Assembly: GCA_038087875.1 (NCBI GenBank)
Contig: CM075998.1
Location: forward strand, 2,356,001 to 2,420,000
DNA: 64,000 nucleotides
Direction: 5' to 3'
Origin: Malacoraja senta
Lineage: Eukaryota
Of this stretch, positions 25,545-37,614 are shown piece after piece (position 1 is the first letter of the stretch; each line of letters opens with the position of its first letter). The notes below the pieces were generated by a model. The model made no database searches and was not told the DNA's origin. It saw only the letters and a program-made list of their open reading frames with translations. The position numbers and the translations under genes were made by a program.

Positions 25545-26623
25545 GTGAGGAGTTGGTACATTACAGGCCATGAGTTTGTTTTATTTTGGGCTTGGAATGG
25601 AAAGTTTACTCTCAGCCTTCCAGCATCCATGGGGAATGGAGGGTTGTGCGAGAATTGCTTAAAACATACAACCAAAGCAAAGCAAAGTCTGAAGAAGGGT
25701 CTCGACCCGAAATTCCTTCTCTCCAGAGATGCTGCCTGTCCCGCTGAGTTTCTCCAGCACTTTGTGTCTATCTAAAACAAACTCGCCATTGCGCAGCAGT
25801 AAATTGCCAAACTATATGTCATCTCCTCACCGTTTTAAATATCAATATTTGGTACTACAGTTCTATTTCTGATGGCTAAACGGTATTACTGTAAAATGCA
25901 GCAAAAATCAAATGGATGACTGTACTTGCAATCATGTGAAGTGCTAAATCTGCAAAGAGGATGTTACTGTTAGCAGCCTATAGCTGCACAACCTTTGTAT
26001 AAATGTAAAGCTCAATATGTCTTTTCACACCTATTTTGCTCAACACTTGAAATAAAATTCACTGTTTGACTCTATTTTCATAAAAAAACAAAGAATCTTA
26101 TGTAAGCTATGCCTAGACTTTTACACCTACCATTGCTTGGCTATCATTTAAATTCCAATTACTTTGCTCTCGGTCAGATGGGGCAGGCTAAGAATGTTAA
26201 GCAATTTAATGAATTATTTGCCTGTTGCATAAACTCCAGATAAATGACAATGTACTGTCGTTGGAATTGTGAAAGTGAAATCAGTGGCTGGGAAAATGGC
26301 CTTGCACATGTAGTGTCAAAATGCTAATATATTGCAGGCGTGAGACAGTGAGTTTTCGCCATCAATTTAAATGTTCTGTATGGAAGGTAATGATGTGTAT
26401 GTACATCTACCATGGAGTGCAGTCTAGGCTAAAGATTGCTGTGGAGCGTGTATGTGTTTACTAATGTGCACCTAGATTTCTTTGGTTTCCAACAGTGGGA
26501 GGGAAATGACAGATTTGAACGAGCTGGGATATGGGGTGAAGTTCAATGGATTTGAACCTGTTAAAATGCCAACGAGCATGCATATGTTTGAAAACAAACT
26601 CCTTAACTCGTGTATGTCTTTAG

Positions 26624-26758
<135 letters not shown>

Positions 26759-26935
26759 TAAGCCTGATTGAGCATGTGGCTGTTACTTCATGTAACCTGG
26801 GATTGCATTGGTATTACTTCATTTGATCTAAATCAATGTAATATGCATATTTCTATTGACCCTCTACGTTCAATGTGAAATAGTTGTATTTCCCTCAAAC
26901 TTGAAACATGAGAATTGCAACTGCAGCTGCTTTAG

Positions 26936-27106
<171 letters not shown>

Positions 27107-27260
27107 TAATTTAAGTATGCTTCCCTAATTTGTTAAACTGCAATGGTATTCCCTGTTGTAATAAGTGACCATTTTATTCCCTGTTGACTCCATGTTGGAT
27201 ATATATTCTGTGACTGCTGGCAGCTTCAGATCGTGTGTGTAGATGACCATTCTTCATGTG

Positions 27261-27482
27261 ATAGACACAAAGTGCTGGAGTAACTCAGTGTGTCAGGCAG
27301 CATCTCTGGAGAAAAAGGATGGATGACATTTTGGGTAGGGACCCTTCTTCAAACTTCTTTGTGTCCCCGCCCAAAACGTCACCAATCCTTTTTTTTTCCA
27401 GAGATGCTGCCTGACCCGCTGAGTTAATCCAGCACTTTGTGTCTATCTTTGCTATAAATCGGCACCTGTAGTTTCTTGTTTC
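27261..27482. mobile_element. inverted pair of short Penelope-derived units (pa2g4 intron 10)
   Basis: Minus copy followed by plus copy of the ...gatgctgcctgacccgctgagtt.tccagcactttgtgtcta unit; related copies at ~6126, 8768, 11907, 25684, 34280, 35009, 47160, 49475, 57310. Confidence 0.8.
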
Positions 27483-27802
27483 TGCCATTATTCATGTGCT
27501 GAGCTTAATCCACAAATGATTAGGTTGTTCACTGCTGATTATGTCAATGCAGAATCTCACACACTTTCCAGGAGGGGGCTTCTTTTACCTTGGCTACTGT
27601 ACCTCCAAGTTTTCCTGTTCTGTGTTGAAATTTTAAATTTTATTTTCTAGTGGTACATTTGTAACTGATCCTTGGTGAAGTTGTAATTTTGTTAGATTAA
27701 ATACTGGGGACATTTAACACCTGAAATGTTGTCATTTATTGATACCTGAATTTGAAGTCATGCTTTTTGCTTCACTGATGTCTGTTCTTTGTGCTTCCCT
27801 AG

Positions 27803-27930
27803 GGGAGTTTGTGGCTCAGTTTAAGTTCACAGTCCTGCTCATGCCAAATGGTCCCATGAGAATCACCAGTGGAATATTTGAAAATGAACTTTACAAGTCT
27901 GAATTGGACATTAAGGACCCTGACCTGAAG
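27803..27930 (+). CDS. pa2g4: pa2g4 exon 11 ([42 protein letters not shown]), GC donor
   Basis: ttccctag acceptor, AAG|GCAAGT non-canonical donor, 128 nt. Confidence 0.94.
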
Positions 27931-28612
27931 GCAAGTTATGAAAACAACCCCTTTTTTCTCAATTTCTTTTGCAATCAAAAGCAGATTTCAAAATGTAAAA
28001 AATCTTTAACGTTGTATATTGGCCTTGAGGCATCTTTTAATTTTAACCCATTCTGCTTGCAGCATCAGTTTCATCGGGAAATGCTTAGGGTTTTCATGAA
28101 CTTGCATTGCTTTCTTTCTCTAACTTTGTTTCTTGACGTCGAAGCAAAGATAAACCTTGCATACAATTGTACTATGACTCAAACCTATACTTTGTGGAGG
28201 TCTGTAAGTGAAGTTGTTTACAAAATTGATCTGTTGCCCCTTTTTGACTCAGTTGCGATGAAATGAACCATTCAAACTGATTTAGGATTAAATGAACCCT
28301 CCGTAACCTCTGAAACGAGGGTTACTGTTTTTATCGCACCCTTTGTTTCTGGTTGGCTGAGTTGATGGGTCTAAGTTTTCCATCTGTATGATAAATGGAA
28401 ACCCAATTGGCAGAGTTGAAGGTTAGCAAAACCAACATTGACTCATTGGAGTCTAATAACTTTGCGATTATTAGTCATAGATTCCCAAATTTCCAGTTTG
28501 AGAAAATTCCCAATTCCAGTAGATTTTGCTTTTTGAAAGACAGTAATCATAAATTATGTTAGAGTTATAGTTGTTACTGAATTCCTATCTATAAAAATGC
28601 ATAGGTACAAAG

Positions 28613-28942
28613 ATGTCAAATCTGCTGTCTAATCTGGTTTGGTCTATACCCACTCCAAATACGTAGGAATCAACCACAATGTTAAATGCTTCCATATGAA
28701 ATGGCCCAGCAAACTATTCAGGGGGATAAATAGGAAAGAGCAAACTATTCAGGGGGATAAATAGGAAAGAGCAATATGTCAAATCTGCTGTCTAATCTGG
28801 TTTGGTCTATACCCACTCCAAATACGTAGGAATCAACCACAATGTTAAATGCTTCCATATGAAATGGCCCAGCAAACTATTCAGGGGGATAAATAGGAAA
28901 GAGCAAACTATTCAGGGGGATAAATAGGAAAAGAGCAATATG
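28613..28942 (+). repeat. nested tandem duplication: 2 x 163 bp, each holding 2 x 31 bp
   Basis: atgtcaaatctgctgtc at 28613 and 28776; agcaaactattcagggggataaataggaaag occurs four times. Confidence 0.93.
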
Positions 28943-29340
28943 AAATATGCACCTTGTCAACAATGGCCACATCCTGTTGGAGTGCATAAAATGCGTCTGC
29001 GTTCTTGAAGCAATCCAATCGATCTCATTCCCCTATGTGTTTCCACGTGACCTATTTTCTCTCGTCTACCATCAAGTCTATTCTGATTCCCATATCAATC
29101 CTCAGCGGTTAATTTTCAATAAAAAATGAACCTAGCAGTCAGCACATCAGGAAACACAATGGAAACCCACCTGGTCACAGGGAAAATATGCAAACTCAAT
29201 AACCCTTTTTCTGACTATATTTTAGTATTATGCCTAAAATATTTATTGATGTACAAGTTGGTGTGTCTCATCATCTTTTGCTCTTTGTCCTACCTCTTGT
29301 AACTTGCATTCAAGTTAATCTTTTTAAATCACCTTTTTAG

Positions 29341-29397
29341 GCCCTGATTCAAAGTTCTGTGAGCCGAAGGAATCAGAAGAGGAGGAAGAAGAAGAAG
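29341..29397 (+). CDS. pa2g4: pa2g4 exon 12 (ALIQSSVSRRNQKRRKKKK; polybasic nucleolar signal); alternative end at 29400
   Basis: ctttttag acceptor; two in-frame donors, AAG|GTGGTA (after 29397) and GTG|GTACGT (after 29400). Confidence 0.9.
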
Positions 29398-29756
29398 GTG
29401 GTACGTATTATGTTTTGAGAGCTCAGCGATAATGCAGCTGCTTTCATTTCAGTTCCTGCAAGTGGATTTTGTTCTTTACATTGTAGAAACTATCTTCTAA
29501 TTAATCTTCCATGTAGAATTTTATAATCGTGCCAATTTCTTGGGTGAAATGTACAAAGTGACAATATGTAGTTTTGCCTTGCTTGCACATACGTTTCAGA
29601 TAAATGGAGCTTTTGGGCTAAATAACTCGATGTATTATAATTACATGGAATGAAGCAAAAAAAGCATGTACACCCAATACAATAATCTACAGAGAATTCT
29701 GCATCCATTTGTTCTACTTAAAAGATTGAAAATTGTGATTGAGACTCCAATTGTGA

Positions 29757-30260
29757 TTCCAATATTTAGATGTTATCAAGCTGGAAAGGGTGCAGAGAAG
29801 ATTTACGAGGATGTTGCCAGGACTCGAGGGCCTGAGCTATAGGGAAAGGTTGAGCAGGCTAGAACTTTATTTCTTGGAGCGCAGGAGGATGAGGGGTGAT
29901 CTTACGGAAATGTACAAGATCATGAAAGGAATAGATCGGGTAAATCCACAGTCTTTTGCCTAGAGTAGGTGAATCGAGAACCAGAGGGCATAGGTTTAAG
30001 GTGAGGGGGGGAAGATTTAATAGGAATCTTGAGGGGTAAATTTTTTACACCAAGGTTGGTGGTTATATCGAACGAGGAGGAAGTCGAGGCAGGTACTATC
30101 GTAACATTTGAGACATTTGGACAGGTACATGGATAGGACAGGTTTAGAGGGTTATGGGCCTAGCATGGGCAGATGGCACTAGTATAGATGGGGCATGTTG
30201 GTCGGTGTGGGCAAGTTAGGCCGAAAGGCCTGTTCCCACGATGTATGACTCTGACTCTAT
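29757..30260 (+). mobile_element. CR1 3' fragment in pa2g4 intron 12
   Basis: DVIKLERVQRRFTRMLPGLEGLSYRERL...RRMRGDL plus tail. Confidence 0.88.
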
Positions 30261-30398
30261 TTGGTGAGTAAAAGCTCTTAAATACAATATGATGGGCTCC
30301 TCCTCCCCCACCCCACCGCCCTCACAAAAGCTGTGGTGGTAAATGGCATGCGTTTGTCCCGCAGTAATTTAATCCACTTGTATATCTTTCATCTCCAG

Positions 30399-30464
30399 GC
30401 TTCCCAGTGTGGACTCCCTGCCACCACTGGCAGCACCAATGAGGAGAACGAGACTGGAGACTGA
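30399..30464 (+). CDS. pa2g4: pa2g4 exon 13 coding part (ASQCGLPATTGSTNEENETGD*)
   Basis: atctccag acceptor, TGA at 30462-30464; resembles the recalled human C-terminus ASK...TLEENEAGD. Confidence 0.92.
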   Translation, partial: ASQCGLPATTGSTNEENETGD

Positions 30465-31004
30465 CATCTCGTAACCATAGCCCCAGAACTAACCTGACCT
30501 TTGACATACTGTCTGTACCTGATGACGAGCTGTTTAGTGTACAGCTTGTGGGCCCCTATATTCTTACACTGAGGGAGGATTCTTCCACAAGACTCGCATT
30601 TATGACTGCAGACTACTTCAAAAAAATAAAAAAACAAAAAAAATCTTTGTGCTATTTGTATGGTTTTATATTTTTTATCCAAGCAAGAACATATGGCAAT
30701 GAGAGTAATTGGTATAGAAGATTTAAAGGTAGCTGTTTAACTCTAACCCCAGGCCCTTTTTTTTGCTATGCAGTAGTTTCCCTCGGGTGTTTGTGTAGTC
30801 ATCCAACTTGTTGGCTATTACTGCGTACTGAGACGGTGTTATAGTCATCTAATGCTCTTTGCTCAGATCTTGGGGTGGGTGGAATAGGGCAGAGTTTCCA
30901 AAACATTTTTAAACTGTATAGATTATTAGACAACATTTTCCACCACCTTTTGTATCCAGTTTTATGAAATATTGCCATTCTCCCCGTTACCTATTGTGGT
31001 TATA

Positions 31005-31010
31005 AATAAA
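31005..31010 (+). terminator. candidate proximal poly(A) signal of pa2g4
   Basis: AATAAA about 540 nt after the stop codon in TE-free U-rich sequence. Confidence 0.4.
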
Positions 31011-32017
31011 AATGCTGCAATTGCTGGTAATCTTTCCTCCAGTAGAGTTTTCTGTAGACTCGAAACAGCTCAGGATAAATTGAAAAAGTACATGCAAAGC
31101 TATTATTACCTATACCAAGTAATTCAGAAGTTTTTCCGCAATCTCCAGGAGGCTGGGAATATTTTGTTTTCAAATTAATACCAAGATTAATTCTGAACCT
31201 CTGTGCATAATGGGCCAAATAACAATTGACAATAGACCAGTTCGGAGTCCATGTACATTGTTTCTGTACTGTGAAATGTTTTATTTTTTTCTCTCTCATA
31301 TTTTTGGGGAAGAGGGAATTTCCATTTTACAGGCCTGAATTGCAGGATTGGAAGTGTACTTGTGAGCAAACGCTGAATTGATGCAGATTTATATAATATA
31401 ATGAATTGTGTGGTTCTGTCTGATTTCTGTCTCTTTTGAAGATTGGCCAGTATTCTGTTGATATTTGAAAATGCTGTCCCTACCTTTTTTATTTAAAAAA
31501 AAACTAAAAAAGAATAGCATACCAAACTAGAATAAGGACTCTTGTTTTGCCAGCCCTTACTTACCGTCAATGACTTCTGTGTGTTTGTGTGAGATAGGAG
31601 CTCAGTGTAATACCATGATTTGTTTTGGGTCACTGTGGGGATTAAATAAATAAGTGAATATTAATCCTGCATTTGGTTTGTCTTGCTTCATGTCCCCTGC
31701 CATTGACTGCAATACCTTCCAGTCATTAAAGGACCCTTGGTGTAATGTGATTCTGGTCATAATGGATGATTCCCAGTCTTTATGGATGTTGTTCATTGCT
31801 GTTGATTATAATGGTTCCTTTGTGATTGCACCACACTGCTACCACTTGGTGCGCACGACCTTTGCAGGCAGCAATGCCTCCTTGTTCATCTGTTGTTGCC
31901 CTGGCACTGACCCTGGAGCAGCTGCTGGGAGTGATCTTGCATTGTTAGTGCAACATGGCTGCCTACCATCTGCTTTTGATACTCAAAATATGCACTCCGT
32001 GCGTTTTTAAGTCGTCG

Positions 32018-32023
32018 AATAAA
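32018..32023 (+). terminator. candidate distal poly(A) signal of pa2g4
   Basis: AATAAA followed by a U/GU-rich tract (gtttgtcttttttctgtg); repeats resume about 400 nt later. Confidence 0.5.
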
Positions 32024-32744
32024 AAACTCAATTCAAGATATTTTTTAATAAGTTTGTCTTTTTTCTGTGCTGAATCCAAAGGGATTTTGGAGGTGCTTTA
32101 ATACGGATTTGAAGCTGGACATTGATTGATATTGCAGCTGGACATAATTATCTGTCGCAATTTTTTTTGTAGGAATTTCTCTTAACCTTGTCTCTAGGTA
32201 GTGATTTGAAAATTTGGGACCTCTTTCATTACAATCTCTTCACTCAGTGGAACAACTTTCTCTTCATGCTGCTGAATTTTAAACTTGTATGTGTAAAAGC
32301 TCCCATACTGTGTAGTGAAAATAGGTTAGTATCAAAATCTCATGAGCACGTTCGAGTTGACCCAGCGTGTCCTTCATTGCTACGTTTGGGATTATTGCAC
32401 AGCACCAATGGCATTTTGGAACAGCACAGGAACAGGCCCTTCAGCCCACGTCTGTACCGAACATGATGGCAAGTTAAGCTAATCTCCCCTGCCTGCACCA
32501 TATCCCTCCATTTCCTGCATGTACAATGCAATATCTAAAAATCTCTTGAATACTACTATCGTATCTGCCTATTGCCACCACCCCTGGGAGTATGTTCCAG
32601 GCACCCAAAGCACTGCACATCACTTTCAAAATTTGCTCCTCTCACCTTAAAACTATGCCCTCTAAGATTTGACATTTGTACCCTGGGGTAAAAGGTTCGG
32701 AATGTCTTCTGCATCCTCTCCAAAGCCTTCGCTTCCCTCCTGTA

Positions 32745-33024
32745 GGCGCGACAGATAGAGCTTCTGCATCACAACGCCAGAGACCCAGGTTCGATCCTGA
32801 CCTCGGGTGATGTCCGTGTGGAGTTTGCACGTTCTCCCTGTGACCACGTGGGTTTCCTCCTACATCAAATAGACATGCGAGTTTGAAGGTTAATTGGCCT
32901 CTGTAAATTGCCTCTAGTGGGTGAGAAAGTGGAATAACATGAAACTAGTGTGAACGGGTGATCAATGGTCGGTGTGGACTCGATGGGTTGAAGAGCATTT
33001 CCATGCTCTTATCTCTCAACTAAA
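32745..33024 (+). mobile_element. tRNA-derived V-SINE (HE1-like)
   Basis: B box ggttcgatcc; V domain gtgtggagtttgcacgttctccctgtgacc. Confidence 0.8.
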
Positions 33025-33098
33025 CTGCACACCAAATACGGCCTAACGAAAGTCCCTATAACGTTGGAAAATGATTTCTTGACTTATGTTCAATCATA

Positions 33099-34655
33099 TC
33101 TAACTTTATATTTTTAAAACTTTCGTGTTGGTTTGCCCGGGTTCTATTTCGCGAATATTCGTTTAAGGCGCTTGTGGATCTCCTCCGAAATTTGCAAAAA
33201 ACTGAACAATTTTTACATATTCCCGGAGGGTTTTTCCTCCTCCACTTAATGTTTGGAAAATTAGAAAATTTGGTTCATCCTTTCCCTGCTTTTTCGGTAA
33301 AAAACATATTAAAAAAATGCAAAATGTTTTTAAAAATCCAACTGCTTCTCACCCATAGAACGTTGAAGCACGTTCCATCGTGTGATGTCACAATGCCCAA
33401 TGCTCAGGACAGAATAATATCGACAGAAAACAATATTTCCTCACCTTTGTTATTGGGGAACCTGAAGAAAGACAGATAGGGTCGTCTACATTGTCGATTA
33501 CAGCAATTTATAGCAGAACAGTGAGCTGTAGATGTAGTGGACGCCATGACGGTATCGAGGCAGTCCTTCAAAATGGCGCGAACAATCGACCCTCGCGTTC
33601 TCAACGGCCGCAACTGTCCAGCGCCAACTGTCGACGACCCCCCCCACAACTGTTGCGTTAAACCCCCCACCACCTGTTAACCTCCCGCCTGTCCGCGCCA
33701 GCTGTCGTCTCTCCCCCGCACGGCTCCAGCTTTCGACGCCCGTTAACCTCCCGCCAACCCAACTCTCCAGCCCGGTAACATCCCGCCTCCCCCGCCGTCG
33801 ATGTCCGTTAACCTCCCGCCGACCCAACTATCGACGCTCGTTTGCTCACGGCCTCCAGCTGTTGACACTCCCGCCCGCCTTCACCCTCTCAATTGTCGAC
33901 GGCCATCAACTGCCCACCCCCCCCAGCTGTGTCCGCACGGTTGAACTGTTGCCGACCCTTCTCGCCCGTACACTCAAACAATTGTTCAATGCCCGTTAAC
34001 CGCCCCCCCCCCCCCTCCCAAATGGCGACGCTCGGCCATCCAGCTGTTGACCTTCGCTCATTCACGTAGCACAACAGTCGACCATCGCTCCTGGGCTGCT
34101 GGACCAACTGTCAATGCTCTCTCCTGGCCGACCAGACCAACTGTCGACGCGCGCTCCCGGCCCGACCAACAGTCAACGCTCGCTCCCGCGCAATGGCGGC
34201 CGTTGCTTCCCACCCTGCCCGCACTGATAGCGGCAGCTTCTTTTCAAATCCTAAATGCCAAGTCATTATGCCCGGCTTGGCACTGCAGATACTGGTTTAT
34301 ACTGAAGATTGATACAAAAAATGGAGTAACTCAGCGGGTCAGGCAGCATCTCTGGAGAAAGGAAGGGGAGGTTTTGTGTCCCTCTACTCATCTCTCTCTT
34401 CCCCCCCCCCCACTCTCCCCCCTTTCCCCTGTCCCCCTCCCTCTCCCCCTCTCTCTCTCCCCCTCTCTCTCCCCCTCTCCTCTTTCTCTCCCTCTCACCC
34501 TCCCTCCTCTCTCCCCACTCCGTCTCCCCCTACCCCCCTCTCACCCTCCCCCCCCAGTGTGTGTGTGGGGTGGTTAGTGTGCGTGTGAATCCGCAGCACC
34601 CCCCACCCAACCACGTGTTGGGGGAACAGACCCAGCGGGTGTGCACTTGGTCTAG
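33099..34655 (+). mobile_element. non-autonomous Helitron-like element H3 with captured cargo
   Basis: A^TCTAACTTTATATTTTTAAAAC 5' end; shares gatgtcacaatg with H1; ends gttgggggaacagacccagcgggtgtgcacttggtCTAG^T like H1/H2/H4. Confidence 0.72.
33445..33547 (-). pseudogene. orphan THAP-domain first exon (MASTTSTAHCSAINCCNRQCRRPYLSFFRFPNNK) inside H3
   Basis: C-x4-C-x-N...LSFFRFP is the N-terminal THAP signature; strong Kozak gtcATGG; donor AAG|GTGAGG; no second exon visible. Confidence 0.75.
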
Positions 34656-36205
34656 TAGATTTTATTTATCTAGTTAGTTGCTTCAAAAGAAAATCATTAA
34701 ACTTGTAAAACATACATTTTTTTAACAGATCTATGCAAGATGTCTTTAAAACACTCCTCTAAACATTGAGTAATTGGATTTTGTTGAAATTGACCCACAA
34801 CTTCTGTTGAACTTGCTGGATTCTGGATTATCCTTTTTCTTCAGCATTGACGTTGCTACCTTGTGAAGTTAACATTCATTTTTTCCCACTGATGTTTACA
34901 GTATTTCGACACTTGTGTACCATTCACGTTGTTGGGCAAATGCAGTTTTGCTATTGTTTGCAAATACCCCGTTTCAGAAAGGATCCCAACAACTTTGTCT
35001 GTCAATCCCAGTCTGAATAAGGGTTTCGGCCCGAAACGTTGCCTATTTCCTTCGCTCCATAGATGCTGCTGCACCCGCTGAGTTTCTCCAGCATTTTTGT
35101 GAACCATCCCAACAACTTGTTGTTTTAAAGCAGCCAGGCCAAACAAACTGCTGATTAACACAATCTTTGAATTTGAAGTTGGAGATTTGCACTTAAACAG
35201 TGTCTATTATTCAACACTATTTACTGTAGTCTCTAGACATGTGAAAAGCAACAGTTTTGACCCAGTTTCCTTTGCATGCCATTGCATCTCCACCACTAGA
35301 TTCTGCTAACAGTGAGGGAAGAAGCTATTCCTGTCTTATGAATGGACCTCTTAAAAGCTAAGGATGTCGTCCTGATCTCCCAATCTACCTCACTGCAGCC
35401 CTTAATTTTTGTTTGTAAATCTGTACTTTCTCTGTAGCTGTAACACTATATTCTGCACTCTGCTTAATTTTCTTTGCACTACCTGTTGTACTTGTGTGTG
35501 GTTTGATTGTACTCGTTCGTGGTATAATTTGCCCGGATAGCATGCAAAACAAAGTTTATTACTGTATCTCAGTACATGTGGCAATAAACCAATTACCAAT
35601 TCATGCAGAATTGCTGCTCCTTTTGCAGGTGAACAGTGCAGCCTGTTTCATGCACTATTTTGATTGCAACAGTGATTGATGCGATAATTAAACATCTTAT
35701 AAAGGTGAGAAACAAATGACTCTACTGAGGTTAACAGAAAACTGTTGCTGTTATTGAAGTAATGTGGTTTTCAGGGCTCCTCCCTACATCACCATTGTAT
35801 GTTGACTGAACATTTTCTTCTGCATCCGGTACTGCATCTCTCTCCCAACAATGTTTAAAAGATCACAATGACCAAATTGAATGAAATATAAACTTTGATC
35901 ATACTTCTTTCTACTTAAGCTGTTGTTTGCCAGTTGCTTGTGCTTCTATATGCGATTATTTGAAAGCCTGACCTTACTCCAGTACTTCCCATCCACCTAA
36001 AGAAGATAAAGGCTTCATTCGCAAATTTCCCAAAGTTCAAGGGGGTTTGCTTGACAGAAAAGCACAAAAGCAAACTTTATCAAGAGAGAGCTATGAAGGT
36101 GATGTCAGTGATTCAAATATTCCTGTGTATTCACTCCACTTTATCCTTAATTGAGCTCCATTTGGCGTGATACATTGGCCATTTTAGGCAGACAATGTAT
36201 ATGTA

Positions 36206-36624
36206 AGATAGACACAAAAAGGTGGAGTAACTCAGCGCGGCAGGCAGCATCTCTGGAGAAGAGGAATAGGTGATGTTTTGGGTTGAGACCCTTCACACTG
36301 AGAGTTAGAGGAGGGAACCGACAGATATGAAAAAAGTACATAGAACAAACTAATGAAAGATATGCAAAAAGAGAGATCAAAGCCAGCAACGATGATCAAA
36401 AAAAGATTGAGCCCACAATGATCCATTGTAGGCTGTGGGGAAGGTGATAACTAGTAATACAAATGGTGAAACTCAGCAGGACGACTGAAACTAGTACGAC
36501 GACTAGGTTGGGGGAGGGAATGGAGAGAGGATACAAGAGTTACTTGAAGTTAGAGAAGTCAATGTTCATACCACTGCGTTGTAAGCTGCCCAAGCGAAAT
36601 ATGCGGTGCTGTTCCTCCAATTTG
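36206..36624 (-). mobile_element. Penelope-like element 3' end
   Basis: Minus strand reads KLEEQHRIFRLGSLQRSGMNIDFSNFK* followed by a UTR homologous to 48895-49213. Confidence 0.85.
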
Positions 36625-37614
36625 AATATCCGTCAGACAATGGAGGTGCAGGCAAGCACCGAGAAAACACACATGGCTGAGATAGCGAGTCTGGGTTAAA
36701 ACTTGGTCGGAGAGCAGGAGGAATTACAGAGGGTGCAGCGAGAGAGGGTGTTGCAGAACCTTGACCAGCACTTTATAAAGCCTTGGCATTGCATCCTTCC
36801 TCTGATTCTTACATTTCTTTAATTCACTGCTTTTGGAGGGGCACCTTAAAAGTATGATGTATGCATACATTTTATGCAATTCAGACTTGTTGCCTGTTGC
36901 ATTTTGCTTTTGGACTTCACTTCAACATGATTAAAGTGTTCTTTGGGGTTGGGTCAGTACCTCCTATCCTTGCTTCTTCTACCCCACTTCCATACACAGA
37001 CCAGCATAGGATTGAGTTACACGTTGCCGAGAGCAGTGGTGCGTGTGTAATGAGTTTTCGTCAGGGTCAGAGTGACGGTCCAAATCGCTCCTGTAGGTCA
37101 CAGTTATTACATTTTAACTATAAATGACCAGACGCTGTTACTTTAAGTCGCATACATGGAGATACACATTCTAAAGTTCATGAACTGACTGATTTCTGCT
37201 GAAATTGCTGTCAAACACGCCATTAATGCTCATTCAAAATCCAATCAACTATAATTGTTTTTTGTGTTTGACAAGATAATTGATTTGAAATTATTTCTAG
37301 TATCTTGGAGACTCAAGCTGTCTGGATTTTGATCTTACCAACATCTTATTGTAAGTATTTAGATAATCACTGCATTACAAATTAAACATTGCTTTGGAAA
37401 GTATACCACTTGGACTGGCCCTGTTTACTTTTTTTTTAAATATCAATTTTTTGTCCTGTAAATTGTACTTAGACACTTGTGTTTGTGCTTATTCTTTATT
37501 AAACATCTCATTTCAGATGAAGTTTCAGATAGAAATATTACAGATCTTAATTTACAGATATACTTACAAAAATATCTGGAGAACATGGACAGTGCACGAA
37601 GAAAGATTCCGACC

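Noticed and set aside
26599-26623. TCCTTAAC before exon 9 as a U12-type branch point
   Set aside because: The intron 8 donor is GTGAGG (U2-type), not GTATCCTT. The GTATGATCCTT after exon 10 is also not a U12 donor.
27931-28266. ORF extension beyond pa2g4 exon 11 as a novel C-terminus
   Set aside because: Intronic read-through past the GC donor; homology resumes at 29341.
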